This document shows positions 39,387-50,200 of a DNA stretch of 64,000 nucleotides, piece by piece. Below the pieces are notes generated by a model. The model was not told where the DNA came from. It was given only the letters and a program-made list of their open reading frames with translations, and did no database searches. Position numbers and translations under genes: made by a program. Origin of the DNA: Holophagales bacterium (GTDB lineage Bacteria > Acidobacteriota > Holophagae > Holophagales > Holophagaceae); contig JBBQHW010000001.1 in assembly GCA_038324335.1 (NCBI GenBank), positions 24,887-88,886 of the forward strand, in the 5' to 3' direction. Within the stretch, counting starts at the first letter, position 1. Each line of letters starts with the position of its first letter.

Positions 39387-39438
39387 GAGTCACCTGGAAC
39401 GAAGTGCTGAAATCGCAGGAAAGAGTTGAAGCCCTAAC

Positions 39439-39470
39439 AACACGGGGCGCGGTTGCCCGCGCCCCGTGTT
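39439..39470. terminator. 13-bp GC-rich hairpin between OPT and PqqD genes
   Basis: AACACGGGGCGCG-6nt-CGCGCCCCGTGTT; no strong U-tract. Confidence 0.5.
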
Positions 39471-39483
39471 GGTTCAAACCCGC

Positions 39484-41649
39484 CTAGAAATTGGCGCTGG
39501 GCGGCGCTGGCTCGTCGGCGGCGCCGGCGTTGTCGAGGGGCACCTTCACGAGGTACACCGCGATGCCCGCCAGGATCAGGAGGCTGATCCAGAAGGCGCC
39601 CGGCACGTTGGTGACGCCGGTCTTGTCCACGCCCCAGATGAATTTGGTGAGCTGATACTTCACTTCGAAGAAGGCGAAGGCCGCGAAGAGCAGGCCCACC
39701 AGGGCCTCGCCCGCGATGAGCCCGGCGGCCAGCAGGACGCCGTTGTTCTCGGTGCGCACCTTCTGGGCTTCGTTCAGACCCCGCTTGGCGCCCACCATCT
39801 CCACCACGCCCTTGATGAGGCCGTCGAGGAAAATCGCGAAGGTGGTCTCCAGGGGCAGGTACATGCCCACCGATACCAGCATGGGACTCTTCACCTGCAT
39901 GAGGATGAAGGCGAGGCCCATCATCATGCCCACGATGATGAGCGGCCACGCCATCTTGCCCTCCACGATGCCGCGGCTGAGCAGGGCCATGAGACCCGCC
40001 TGGGGTGCGGCCAGCTGCTTGGACCCGAAGCCCGCATCCAGGGAGAGCACGGCCTTCTTCTGATCGGCGGGCAGCTGCTTCACCTGGTCCAGAGTGTAGG
40101 TCTGGACCACTCCATTGGCATCGGGGGGGGCGGTGACCACCTGCACCTGCTGGGCGGTCAACTCGGCGATGCGCTTGGTGCCCTGGGCGGAGATGTCGCC
40201 CTCGTGCAGCACCATGAGGGGGATGAAGAGCACAACGGAGGCCAGGGCCACCCCCAGCAGGTCCCCCAGCTCCATGCGCCAGGGCGTGCCGCCCAGGATG
40301 TGACCGGCCTTGAGATCCTGCAGCATCTCGCCAGCCACGGCGGCACTCACGCAGACCACGGCAGCCACGCCCAGCACGGCAGCCACGCCCTCGCGGCCCT
40401 TCACGCCCAGCACCACCATGACGAGGGCGGTGATCACCAGGGCCGTCAGGGTCAGGCCGGAAATGGGGTTGTTGCTGGAACCCATGATGCCGACCAGATA
40501 GCCGCTGATGGCCGAGAAGAAGAAGCCCAGGATCACTACCACCAGGGCCGCCACGAAGGAGACCAGGGGGCTCACCTGGAAGATGCGCCAGGTGATGAGG
40601 AAGGTCACCAGGGCCGCGAAGCCCAGGCCGAACAGGACGTAGGTGAAGGGCAGATCCTTGTTGACGCGGTCCACCACCTGCTCGCCGGCGGCGGCCTTCT
40701 TCACGTCCGACACGGAGCGGCTGAGGCCCGTGGCCAGGCTCTTGCGCATCTTGAAGAGGGTGAAGCTGGCGCCCATGAGCATGCCGCCGATGGCGATGGG
40801 CCGCACGATGAACTTCCAGACGGAAACAGACAGGGCGATCCAGTCACCTTCCGGGGCGTTCTCGGGCAGGACGCCGGGCGCCAGGAAGTAGGTGATGATG
40901 GGCACCAGCAGGCCCCAGGCGATGATGCCGCCGGAGAAGTTCAGGGCGCCCAGCTTGGGCCCGATGATATAGCCCACGCCCATGTAGGCGGGGCTGATGC
41001 CGGGGGAGCTGAGCAGCATGCCGCCGCCGACCTTGGCCTTCCAGCCATGGACGAGGTTGATGGCCGTGGCCTTGAAGCCCACGAACCGCTCCCAGGTGGT
41101 GGCGAAGAGCTGGATCTGCACGAGGGCCTGGATCACGGCGCCGAGTCCCATGGCGCCGAAGAGGAACTTGGTGCCGCTACCCCCACGGGCGCCGGCCTTG
41201 TGGATCTCGGCGGCGGCCACACTCTCGGGGTACGGGAGTTCCGCATCCTCCACCATCACGCGGCGGAGCAGGGCCACGAACATGATGCCCAGCACGCCGC
41301 CGGCGAACATGATCAGCGAGCTGGTGACGTAGTTACCCATGGTGAAGAACTTCGGCCAGATGCCGCTGATGACGAAGGCGGGGATAGTGAAGATGGCGCC
41401 GGCGGCCACGGACTCACCGATGCTGCCCACCGTGCGGGCCATGTTCTCTTCGAGGATGGTGCCCTTCATGAGCTTGATGAGGGCCATGCCGATGACCGCC
41501 GCGGGATAGGTGGCGGCGATGGTCATGCCGGCCTTCAGGCCGAGATAGGCATTGGCGGAGCCGAGCACCACGGCCATGACGAGGCCGATGAGCACCGCCC
41601 GCAGGGAGAACTCCCGCAGGTTCTGGTCGGAGGGGACAAAGGGTTGCAT
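39484..41649 (-). CDS. OPT-family oligopeptide transporter
   Basis: ANAYLGLKAG, ENMART..S.GES, LPYPES.A.AE, GSSNNPISG, LQDLKAG..LG.TP, APQAGLM. Confidence 0.92.
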   Translation of the reverse strand: MQPFVPSDQNLREFSLRAVLIGLVMAVVLGSANAYLGLKAGMTIAATYPAAVIGMALIKLMKGTILEENMARTVGSIGESVAAGAIFTIPAFVISGIWPKFFTMGNYVTSSLIMFAGGVLGIMFVALLRRVMVEDAELPYPESVAAAEIHKAGARGGSGTKFLFGAMGLGAVIQALVQIQLFATTWERFVGFKATAINLVHGWKAKVGGGMLLSSPGISPAYMGVGYIIGPKLGALNFSGGIIAWGLLVPIITYFLAPGVLPENAPEGDWIALSVSVWKFIVRPIAIGGMLMGASFTLFKMRKSLATGLSRSVSDVKKAAAGEQVVDRVNKDLPFTYVLFGLGFAALVTFLITWRIFQVSPLVSFVAALVVVILGFFFSAISGYLVGIMGSSNNPISGLTLTALVITALVMVVLGVKGREGVAAVLGVAAVVCVSAAVAGEMLQDLKAGHILGGTPWRMELGDLLGVALASVVLFIPLMVLHEGDISAQGTKRIAELTAQQVQVVTAPPDANGVVQTYTLDQVKQLPADQKKAVLSLDAGFGSKQLAAPQAGLMALLSRGIVEGKMAWPLIIVGMMMGLAFILMQVKSPMLVSVGMYLPLETTFAIFLDGLIKGVVEMVGAKRGLNEAQKVRTENNGVLLAAGLIAGEALVGLLFAAFAFFEVKYQLTKFIWGVDKTGVTNVPGAFWISLLILAGIAVYLVKVPLDNAGAADEPAPPSANF

Positions 41650-41797
41650 CGGTGCTCCTGAAAAGGCACGAAGGGAATGAAGACGGCCGGATGTAGCGCA
41701 TAGTCTAATACCGAATCCGATCCGGTTGGCACCGCCCGGCCGCACCGGTGGCTGCATTCCAGTTGCGCCAGCCTGTTCCGTCGATGGAGGATCCGTC

Positions 41798-42757
41798 ATG
41801 CGTCTGGTAAATTCCCTTGCGATCGCTAGCTTGGCCCTGCTCTTTGCCTGTCAGACCGCGCCCCCCGTCACCGTTCCCCAGGTGCCGACCGTGCAGGTGC
41901 CCAAGGGGCCACCGCCAAAACCGAAAATTGCCCTGGTCCTGGGCGGGGGTGCTGCGCGCGGTTTTGCCCATGTGGGCGTGATCCGGGCTTTGGAACAGGA
42001 GAAGATCCCCATCGACCTGGTGGTGGGCACCAGCGTCGGCAGCCTCATCGGCGCCATCTACGCTTCCGACCTCAGCAGCTTCGACCTGGAATGGACCGCC
42101 TTTCAGTTGGAGAAGGATGATCTCTTCGATTTCGGAGTGGTGAGCGCCGTCTCGGGCATGGGCTTCGCGAAGGGCGACAAGCTCGAAGCCTGGGTGAAGG
42201 GCCACATCAAGACCGCGAACATCGAGAACATGAAGATCCCCTTCGCCGCCGTGGCCACCGATCTCAACTGGGGCCAAAAAGTCATTCTCGACAGCGGCTC
42301 CGTGGCCCGCGCCATCCGGGCCAGCGCCGCCATCCCGGGCGTGTTCCAGCCGGTCCAGCACCAGGGCAAGATCCTGGTGGATGGCGGCGTGGTGGACAAC
42401 ATCCCCATCTCCGTGGCCAAGGCCAAGGGGGCAGATCTCGTGATCGCCGTGGACATCAGCGCGAATGTTGGCAACACGAACATCACCAATCTCCTGGGAG
42501 TCACCCTGCAGGCCACGAACATCATGTTTGCCCTCAACGTCGAGCAGTCCAAGAAGGCCGCCGACGTCCTGATCACGCCCGCGGGCATCGGCGACATCGG
42601 CATGCTCGACTTCACCCAGAAGCGGCGCTGCATGCAGGCCGGCATCGAGGCCACCCGGCTGGCTCTGCCGGCCATCCACCGGGTCATCGAGGCTTGGGTC
42701 GCGGCCCACTCACAACCTGCTCCAGCCCCCACTCCAGCCTTGATCAAGGCCCATTGA
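41798..42757 (+). CDS. Patatin-like phospholipase, lipoprotein
   Basis: Lipobox LFAC; LGGGAARG, GTSVG, DGG. Confidence 0.9.
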   Translation: MRLVNSLAIASLALLFACQTAPPVTVPQVPTVQVPKGPPPKPKIALVLGGGAARGFAHVGVIRALEQEKIPIDLVVGTSVGSLIGAIYASDLSSFDLEWTAFQLEKDDLFDFGVVSAVSGMGFAKGDKLEAWVKGHIKTANIENMKIPFAAVATDLNWGQKVILDSGSVARAIRASAAIPGVFQPVQHQGKILVDGGVVDNIPISVAKAKGADLVIAVDISANVGNTNITNLLGVTLQATNIMFALNVEQSKKAADVLITPAGIGDIGMLDFTQKRRCMQAGIEATRLALPAIHRVIEAWVAAHSQPAPAPTPALIKAH

Positions 42758-42818
42758 TTCCCGTCCGGGAAGGTGCCTCACGCGCAGCTTCGAATACCCT
42801 GGAGCCATTCCAAGGCCC

Positions 42819-43589
42819 ATGACCATGCCCCTTCTCACCAGCAAGGCCAACCCCCGCTTCAGGGCGCTCCAGGAACGACTGAAGGCCGGTGGCCCGCGGC
42901 GCGAGACCACGCTGCTGCTGGGAGAGAAGCTCATCCAGGCCTGGGCCGAGGCCCGGGGGACCCCCGCTGGCGGACGCCTGCGCCCGGCCCTCTGGTTGCG
43001 CCCTGAGGGTGCTGATCCCCATCCCCTGGAGGCCACCCTGGACGTAGCGACCCAGGTGCTGGGCGAAGGGCTCCTGCGGGAGCTCGCCGAAGCGGGCAGT
43101 CCCCCGGACCATGCCCTGCTGATGGAACTGGGCCCCGAACCCACCGGGGCGCTGGCGCCCAGGGTCATCGGCGCCTGGGGCATCCAGGATCCCGGCAACC
43201 TGGGGGCCATCCTCCGCAGCGCCGCCGCCTTCGGGTTCCAGGAGGCCCTATTGGGTCCCGGCTGCGCCGATCCCTTCCACCCAAAAGCCCTGCGCGGCAG
43301 CATGGGCGCCGCCTTCCTCCTGCCCCTGCGCCGCGTCGACGCGCTGCCTGCCGACCAGCGCCACTGCTACGCCCTGGATGGCGGCCTGGATTCCGTGCCC
43401 TTGGCCGAGGCCGACCTCTCTGAACCCCTGTGCCTCTGGGTGGGCAACGAGGGCCACGGCTGGGCAGGCGTGGCACTGCCCGCGGGTGTCCGGCGCCTGG
43501 CTATCCCCATCCAGGGTGTGGAAAGTCTGAACGCTGCCGTGGCTGCGGGCATCGCGTGCTATGAGGCGGCGCGGAGATTCTCCCTATGA
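42819..43589 (+). CDS. TrmH/SpoU family RNA methyltransferase
   Basis: QDPGNLGAILRSA, GNEGHG, ESLNAAVA. Confidence 0.9.
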   Translation: MTMPLLTSKANPRFRALQERLKAGGPRRETTLLLGEKLIQAWAEARGTPAGGRLRPALWLRPEGADPHPLEATLDVATQVLGEGLLRELAEAGSPPDHALLMELGPEPTGALAPRVIGAWGIQDPGNLGAILRSAAAFGFQEALLGPGCADPFHPKALRGSMGAAFLLPLRRVDALPADQRHCYALDGGLDSVPLAEADLSEPLCLWVGNEGHGWAGVALPAGVRRLAIPIQGVESLNAAVAAGIACYEAARRFSL

Positions 43590-45112
43590 AGACCGGCAGC
43601 CTCCTCCGCCCCCTCGAAGCCGCCGTTCTGGCGGTGGTCTTCGCTCTGGCCTTCCGCTTCCCGGGCGCCCTGGGCGGCTGGCTGGAGCCGGTGATGGCGC
43701 TGGCCCTGCCCATTCTGCTCATGGAGGCGGCCCTCCGGGGCCGCAAGCCATTCTGGCTGTGGCTGTCGTTGTTCGGCGGGCTCGTCCTGCTCTTCCTCTG
43801 GGTGCCGGCCATGCTCGCCTCCAAGGGCGGCCTGCCCATGCCCCTGGCCTTACTGGGCACGGCCCTGCTGGCGGGTTGGGAGGCCCTGGGCCTGCTGCTG
43901 GTGGTCCTGGTGGCGCGTTGGCTCCATGGGCGCGCGGGGACGTACGCGGCCCTGGGCGCGGCCCTCGGCGCGGCCCTGACCATCCTCGTCTGGGAGGCCT
44001 GGGCCTTCCACGTCTACACCTGGAACTGGGGGGCGGCCTTTGGTTCCTTCGCGTGGACGGCGCGAGCCGCGGCCTTCCTGGGCACCAGCGGCCTCTCAGC
44101 CCTGGCCTGGGGTGCCGGGGCCTGGGCGGCGGCGGGACTGGTGGCCGGCGCACCCCTGCGCCGCACCCTCGCCGGTCCCGCTTTCGCCATGGGCCTGCTG
44201 GTTCTGCTGAGTGGCGCCTGGTACCTGCTGCCGCGGGGGCCTGAACGCCAGCTGGACGTGGCCATGATCCAGCCCAACTTCCCCGCGGGCCAGCGGTGGC
44301 CGGGGATGGAAGCCGACCTGTGGCGGCGCAGCGATGCGGTGCTGCAGGCCAAGGGGTGGCCCCGGGCCGGCAGGACCACGCTGCTCCTTTGGCCCGAGAG
44401 TTCGGTGCTGGGCCGGGACGACCGGCAACCGAACCCCCGACTCCAGACCGAGGCCAACCGGCGGGGCGTAGCCTGGCTCTTCGGCACCGAGGGCGGCCTC
44501 TTCAACCTGGTGCGGGGCGAGGTCGCTCGCCGGCCCAGCTTCCTGTTCGCCAAGACCGAACCCATGCCCTTCGGAGAGCGCATTCCGGGGCCGGCGCCCT
44601 TCCGGCGCTGGCTGGACCGGCAACTGGAGTTCACCTCCCAGGAGAAGGGCGACCTGACCGCGGATTGCGTCTTCACGTTGCCCACCGCAGGCGGCGACGT
44701 GCGCGTCCATCCCCTCATCTGCAGCGAGGCCCTCATGCCCGAGCGGGCCCGGCGCGGCCTGGCCCTGGGCCGGGCGAACCTGTTGAGCAACCATACCAAC
44801 GACGGCTGGTTCGACCGCAGCATCGCCACGGATCTGCACGGGGCCCAGATCCGCATGCGGGCCACGGAACTGGGTGTGCCGCTGCTGCGGGCCACGCTCA
44901 CGGGGAAATCCGGCCTCTTCCGGGAGGACGGCCACTTCCAGCTGTGGGGCGAGCCCCTCAGCGAGGCGACCTATGCGGTGGAGCTGGTCTGGCGGCCGGT
45001 CCACACACCCGCCCGATCCGCCTGGCTGCTGCCCCTCCTCATGCTCCTCCTGCTCGCGGGGAGTCTCCTGATAGGATGGAAGACCTCGCCTGGAAACCCT
45101 GATGGATCGTGA
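43586..45112 (+). CDS. lnt: Apolipoprotein N-acyltransferase
   Basis: Multiple TMs, IQPN, WPES, PFGE, LICSE, TNDGWF, RATLTGKS. Confidence 0.9.
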   Translation: MKTGSLLRPLEAAVLAVVFALAFRFPGALGGWLEPVMALALPILLMEAALRGRKPFWLWLSLFGGLVLLFLWVPAMLASKGGLPMPLALLGTALLAGWEALGLLLVVLVARWLHGRAGTYAALGAALGAALTILVWEAWAFHVYTWNWGAAFGSFAWTARAAAFLGTSGLSALAWGAGAWAAAGLVAGAPLRRTLAGPAFAMGLLVLLSGAWYLLPRGPERQLDVAMIQPNFPAGQRWPGMEADLWRRSDAVLQAKGWPRAGRTTLLLWPESSVLGRDDRQPNPRLQTEANRRGVAWLFGTEGGLFNLVRGEVARRPSFLFAKTEPMPFGERIPGPAPFRRWLDRQLEFTSQEKGDLTADCVFTLPTAGGDVRVHPLICSEALMPERARRGLALGRANLLSNHTNDGWFDRSIATDLHGAQIRMRATELGVPLLRATLTGKSGLFREDGHFQLWGEPLSEATYAVELVWRPVHTPARSAWLLPLLMLLLLAGSLLIGWKTSPGNPDGS

Positions 45113-45602
45113 TTTTCTAGTACCTGAGCCGCTTTCGACACCCCAGGGCACCGTGGCCTTTTCCGACGAGACCTGGAGCGTGGATCCCCGCGAACTCCAG
45201 ATTTTCTTCCAGGCCGAGCAGGTCCACTGGACGGCGGACCGCACCATCGAACAATGGCGGAAGCTGTTGGCCTGTTCGCGGATGCTCACGGCCCGCCTGG
45301 TGCCCGAGGGCCACCGGGGCGGCCGCCTGGTGGGCGCCACCCGGCTCTGGTCCGATCACGCCCACGAGGCCAAGCTCTACGACGTGGTGGTGGCCCAGGA
45401 CCTCATGGGTTTCGGCATCGCCTCGGAGCTGGTGAAGTGGGCCCTCCGCCATCCCTGGGTGGGAGAGGTCAACCGCTTCGTGCTGGAGACCCGCGATGCG
45501 GCCGAGTTCTACCCACGCTTCGGCTTCCGGCCGGGCCAGGAACTGGATGGCATTCACCTGCGCGTGAAGACCGCCGATCTTCGGGCCCGCGGGCTGCGGT
45601 GA
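45102..45602 (+). CDS. GNAT family acetyltransferase
   Basis: LYDVVV...MGFGIA..LV, TRDAAEFYPRFGF. Confidence 0.82.
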   Translation: MDRDFLVPEPLSTPQGTVAFSDETWSVDPRELQIFFQAEQVHWTADRTIEQWRKLLACSRMLTARLVPEGHRGGRLVGATRLWSDHAHEAKLYDVVVAQDLMGFGIASELVKWALRHPWVGEVNRFVLETRDAAEFYPRFGFRPGQELDGIHLRVKTADLRARGLR

Positions 45603-46228
45603 CCACGTTGGTGCCCAACCGCCCCGAAGCCGCTCTGCAGCCCCTCATCCTGGCCAGCGGCAGTCCGCGCCGCCGCCATTGGCTGGAAGCCATGCGAATC
45701 CCCTTCGAATTGCAAGCTCCCGAAGTGGACGAGACCCCCCTGCTGGACGAGGACCCCTGTGAGCTGGTCCTCCGGCTGGCCGAACTCAAGGCCGAAGTCA
45801 TCGCTCATCGCAACAAGGGGCGTTGGGTCCTGGCGGCCGACACCACCGTGGCCGTAGACGATCACACCTTGAACAAGCCCGTGGACGTGGAAGACGCGGT
45901 GCGCATGCTCACCTTGATCCAGGGCCGGGCCCACCAGGTGCACACGGGCTTCTGCCTGCAACAGGACGACACCATCCATAGTTTCGTGGACACGGCCCAG
46001 GTGTACTTCCGTCCGCTGACCGAAGCCCAGATCCGCTGGTACGTGAACACCAAGGAACCCATGGACAAGGCCGGGGCCTACGCCATCCAGGGCATCGGCG
46101 CCCTGTTCATTGAATCCGTCGAGGGCAGTTTCTCCACGGTGATGGGTCTCCCGGTCGAACGGATGGGCGCCCTCATCGGGCACCTGGGACTGCTGCTGCC
46201 CTGGATGGGGTTTCCGAAGGGTTCCTGA
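45599..46228 (+). CDS. maf: Maf family nucleoside triphosphate pyrophosphatase
   Basis: LILASGSPRR, AADT, KP, DKAGAYAIQG, VMGLP; GTG start overlapping GNAT stop. Confidence 0.92.
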   Translation: MTTLVPNRPEAALQPLILASGSPRRRHWLEAMRIPFELQAPEVDETPLLDEDPCELVLRLAELKAEVIAHRNKGRWVLAADTTVAVDDHTLNKPVDVEDAVRMLTLIQGRAHQVHTGFCLQQDDTIHSFVDTAQVYFRPLTEAQIRWYVNTKEPMDKAGAYAIQGIGALFIESVEGSFSTVMGLPVERMGALIGHLGLLLPWMGFPKGS

Positions 46229-46371
46229 CATTACCTTGGAGATCCGGACCCCTCTCCTGGAGGAAATCGCCCTTCAAGGTGGGCCAGCTATAGACCACCT
46301 AAAAATCCCCTTAAAGTCTGGAAAGGCCTCATAAAAAATAGGTAAGCATTGGCGTTCCCATGTTCTATGAT

Positions 46372-46387
46372 CGTGATCTGCGACACA
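46372..46387. promoter_or_regulatory. CRP/FNR-family-like palindromic site
   Basis: CGTGA-TCTGCG-ACACA vs TGTGA-N6-TCACA (8/10) in AT-rich region upstream of actA. Confidence 0.45.
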
Positions 46388-46523
46388 ATTCACCTTGTTG
46401 TCGTTCCTGGACCGCCGGTCCTGGGCTTGGCGATGTCTGGAATTACTTTTAGACATCACTCCACCGTTCCCTGATGGTCTTCCGACCAGCTCCGCGAGCC
46501 CGCGCTTTACCTAGGGGTTGTGC

Positions 46524-47087
46524 ATGCACCGATTTGACCGAGCGTTCCGCTTCGTCCTGCCGGCCGCGGCCGTCGCGGTCCTGGCCACCGTCCTGAGCGT
46601 CGGCTGGTTCACGCAGCCGGACCGCTTCGCCAAGGGTTACGCCCCTGAGCAGCCGATCCCCTTTTCCCACCAGCTGCATGCCGGCACCCTCCGGATGCCC
46701 TGCCAGTACTGCCATTCCGGCGTGGACAAGTCGCGCAGTGCGGGCATCCCCAGCGTGGATCTCTGCATGGGCTGCCACAAGGTCACCAAGACGGACCGCC
46801 CCGCCATCCAGAAGCTGACCCAGCTCGCCGCCACGGGTGAGCCCCTGCCCTGGCAGCGGGTCCACACCCTGCCGGATCACGTCTTCTTCGATCACCGCCC
46901 CCACGTGAACGCGGGCATCGCCTGCCAGAGCTGCCATGGCGAGGTGCAGACCATGCAGGTCCTCACCCGCGAGATGGGCATGCGCATGGGCAACTGCCTG
47001 GGGTGCCATCGCGACCCCCACGCCGCGTTGCCGCCGGGCTCGAAGATCACCAAGGGCGCCGAAAATTGCGCCGCCTGTCATCGCTAG
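46524..47087 (+). CDS. actA: Alternative complex III pentaheme cytochrome c subunit
   Basis: N-terminal TM, PEQPIPFSH, five CxxCH (CQYCH, CMGCH, CQSCH, CLGCH, CAACH). Confidence 0.92.
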   Translation: MHRFDRAFRFVLPAAAVAVLATVLSVGWFTQPDRFAKGYAPEQPIPFSHQLHAGTLRMPCQYCHSGVDKSRSAGIPSVDLCMGCHKVTKTDRPAIQKLTQLAATGEPLPWQRVHTLPDHVFFDHRPHVNAGIACQSCHGEVQTMQVLTREMGMRMGNCLGCHRDPHAALPPGSKITKGAENCAACHR

Positions 47088-47099
47088 GAGGGACTGACG

Positions 47100-47291
47100 A
47101 TGACCGAATTGAACCGCAAGCCGATGATCGATCGACTGACCGCCCTCGTGGCAGGCCCCTTCTTGCTCGGCAGGCGGGCTCTGAGCCTCGATTGGACTGA
47201 CGCCCAAGGCAGTCCGCCAGGGCCGACAGCCGAAGCCCCCGCACGAATGACCGTCACGCCCCCCGAACACGCCATCAAGCGCCGCGGATGA
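47100..47291 (+). CDS. Small hypothetical protein within act operon
   Basis: RBS GGAGGG, fills the actA-actB gap with 12- and 4-nt spacers. Confidence 0.5.
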   Translation: MTELNRKPMIDRLTALVAGPFLLGRRALSLDWTDAQGSPPGPTAEAPARMTVTPPEHAIKRRG

Positions 47292-47295
47292 CCCG

Positions 47296-50200
47296 ATGAA
47301 GACCCGACTCCCCGATCACGGCCCTCTCGAAACCCCGCGCTTCTGGCGGACCCTCGACGAGCGCATCGAAACCCCTGCGGCCCAAGCGGCCGCCCAGGAT
47401 GAATTCCTTCCCGGGGCCGGTCCCAACATGGGTCCCAGCATCTATGACGATGTCCATGGCCTGCCCCCCCAGAGCGGCTTCTCTCGCCGCGATTTCTTCG
47501 GCCTCGTGGGTGCCGCCGCGGCCGTGGCCGCCACCATGGGCTGCGACCGGAAGGGCCAGGGCACCGTGGTACCCTACACCAAACGCCCCGTGGAGGTGAC
47601 CCCCGGCGTGGCCAACTACTACGCCAGCGCCACCCACGAGGGCCGCCGCGTGTACCCGGTGTTGGTGAAGACTCGGGAGGGCCGGCCCATCCACCTCACG
47701 GGCAACGACGAACACCCCGGCGTGAAGGGCAAGACCAGCCCCCGCACCATCGCCGACGTGCTGCGCCTCTACGATCCGGACCGCCTGCGGGCGCCCAAGG
47801 CCGGCGGGCGGACCCTGGGCTGGGCCGAAGCCGAAGCCCAGCTGCAGGCCGCCTTGAAGACCGCCAAGGGTGCGGGCAAACCCGTCCTGCTGATCACCGG
47901 CGCCCTGGTGTCGCCTTCCCGCAAGGCCCTGCTGGCGGACCTCAAGACTGCCCTGCCCACCCTGGAGCACCTGGCCTACGAGCCCGCGGCCGGCGATGCC
48001 GCCGAAGAGGCCGCCAAGGCCAGCTTCGGTCAGGCCGTGGACATCCAGCTTCGATTGGTCAAGGCCAAGGTCATCCTCTCCCTGGGGGCTGACTTCCTCA
48101 ACGGGGATGACCCGGAAGCGCTGGGCGCCTGGGGTGCCCAGCGAAGGTTGAAGAACGCGAAGGAGGAGATCAACCGCCTCTGGGTCCTGGAAGGGCCGCT
48201 GACCCTGACCGGTACCAATGCGGATGTACGGGTCCCGGTTTCGCCCTCGCGCCTGGGCGCCCTGGCTTACGCCCTGGCGAAGGAACTGGCAGCCAAGGGC
48301 GTGGCGCTGCCTGCGGGCACCGATCTTTCTTCCATCTCGGCGGGCGCGCCCGTCGAGCTCGGCGCCAACACCATGCACTGGTCGACCCTGATCAAGGACC
48401 TCCAGCGCGCCGGCCGCAACGCCGTGGTGCTCTGTGGCGCCCAGATGCCTGCCGAGGCCCACCAGGCCACCCACCTACTGAACGCCATGCTCGGCTCCGA
48501 GGCAGTCGCCCTGCGGGCTGCGGAGCCGCTGGCCACCGTCCGGGACCTGATAGCCGCCGCCAAGGGCATGGCCGAGGGCCGCTACGCCGCCGTCTTCTTC
48601 TGGGACGTGAACCCCGCCTACACCTTCCCCGGGACCGCCGCCTGGAAGGAAGCCGTCGCCAAGGTGCCCTTCCGCGCCTGGATCGGCCAGGTGGAGGACG
48701 AGACCGCCGTCCAGTGCCAGCTGCTGCTGCCCGAGAACCACTGGCTGGAGAGTTGGGGCGACTACGCCACCGCCGGCGCTTCTGTGCTGCAGCAGCCCAC
48801 CATCGGCACTCTCTACGACACCCGCCAAGGCGAGGACATTCTCCTGGGCGCCCTCAAGGCCCTGGGTGCTAGTGCGCCCGAGAGCTACCACGCCTACCTC
48901 GAGGCCCGCTGGCAGAAGAGCCTGCCCCTGGCCACGACCTTCGCCCAGGCCCTGCACGACGGCCTCGTAAAGACGGAAGACAAGGCCTCGGCGCCGACCT
49001 TCAAGGGCGCCTCGGTCGCCGCCGCCGCGAAGAAGGCCGCCGCCGCCAAGGCCGCCGGCTTCGAGCTGGTGCTCTTCCCGGGCTTCGCCACCCATGATGG
49101 TCGCCATGCCAACAACAGCTGGCTGCAGGAGACGCCGGATCCCATCACCAAGATGACCTGGGACAACCCGGTTTCCGTATCCGTGCAGGAGGCCAAGGCC
49201 CTGGGCCTTCAGGAGGGTGACTTCGTCAATCTGTCCCTGGACGGCATCACCCTGCGGCTGCCCGCGGTCATCCAGCCAGGCCAGGCCCAGGGCGTGCTCA
49301 CGCTCGCGCTCGGCTACGGTCGCACCACCGGCGGCGTGGCCCGGGGCGTGGGCGCCAACGCCTTCCCCTTCCTGGGGTTCGACCCGGCCACTGCCAACGT
49401 CCGTGCCGGGGCCCAGCTGGCCAAGGCGGGCGGCCAGAAGCGGCTGTCCCGCACCCAGAGCCACCATCGCATGGAGGGCCGGGACATCGTCCGCTCCCTC
49501 ACCATGGAGGAATTCGCGCACGATCCGCAGGGCCACCATCACCAGGCCGAGATCGTCTCGCTCTACGAGGAGCAGAAATTCCCGGACCACAAATGGGGCA
49601 TGGTCATCGACCTGGCGGCGTGTACCGGCTGCTCAGCCTGCGTGGTGGCCTGCCAGTCGGAGAACAACGTGCCCGTGGTGGGTCCCGAGCAGGTGGAACG
49701 GGGCCGGGAGATGCACTGGATCCGCATCGACCGCTACTACGAGGGCGAGTTGGAGAACCCGAAGGTGGTCCATCAGCCCATGTTGTGCCAGCACTGCGAC
49801 AGCGCGCCCTGCGAGAACGTCTGCCCGGTGAGCGCCACCAACCACAGCAACGAGGGCCTCAACCAGATGGCCTACAACCGCTGCGTGGGCACCCGCTACT
49901 GCGCCAACAACTGCCCCTACAAGGTGCGCCGCTTCAATTTCCTGGAGTACACCGCCTACAAGATCGAGCCCGAGACCCTGGTGAACAACCCCGAAGTCAC
50001 GGTCCGCCCCCGGGGCGTCATGGAGAAGTGCTCCTTCTGCGTGCAGCGCATCAACGACGTGAAGATCCGCGCCAAGGGCGACGGCCGCGCCATCCTCGAT
50101 GGCGAGATCACCACCGCCTGCATGGCCGGCTGCCCCGCGGACGCCATCGTCTTCGGCGATCTGAAGGATCCCAAGAGCAAGGTGGCCCAGCTGGTGGCCG

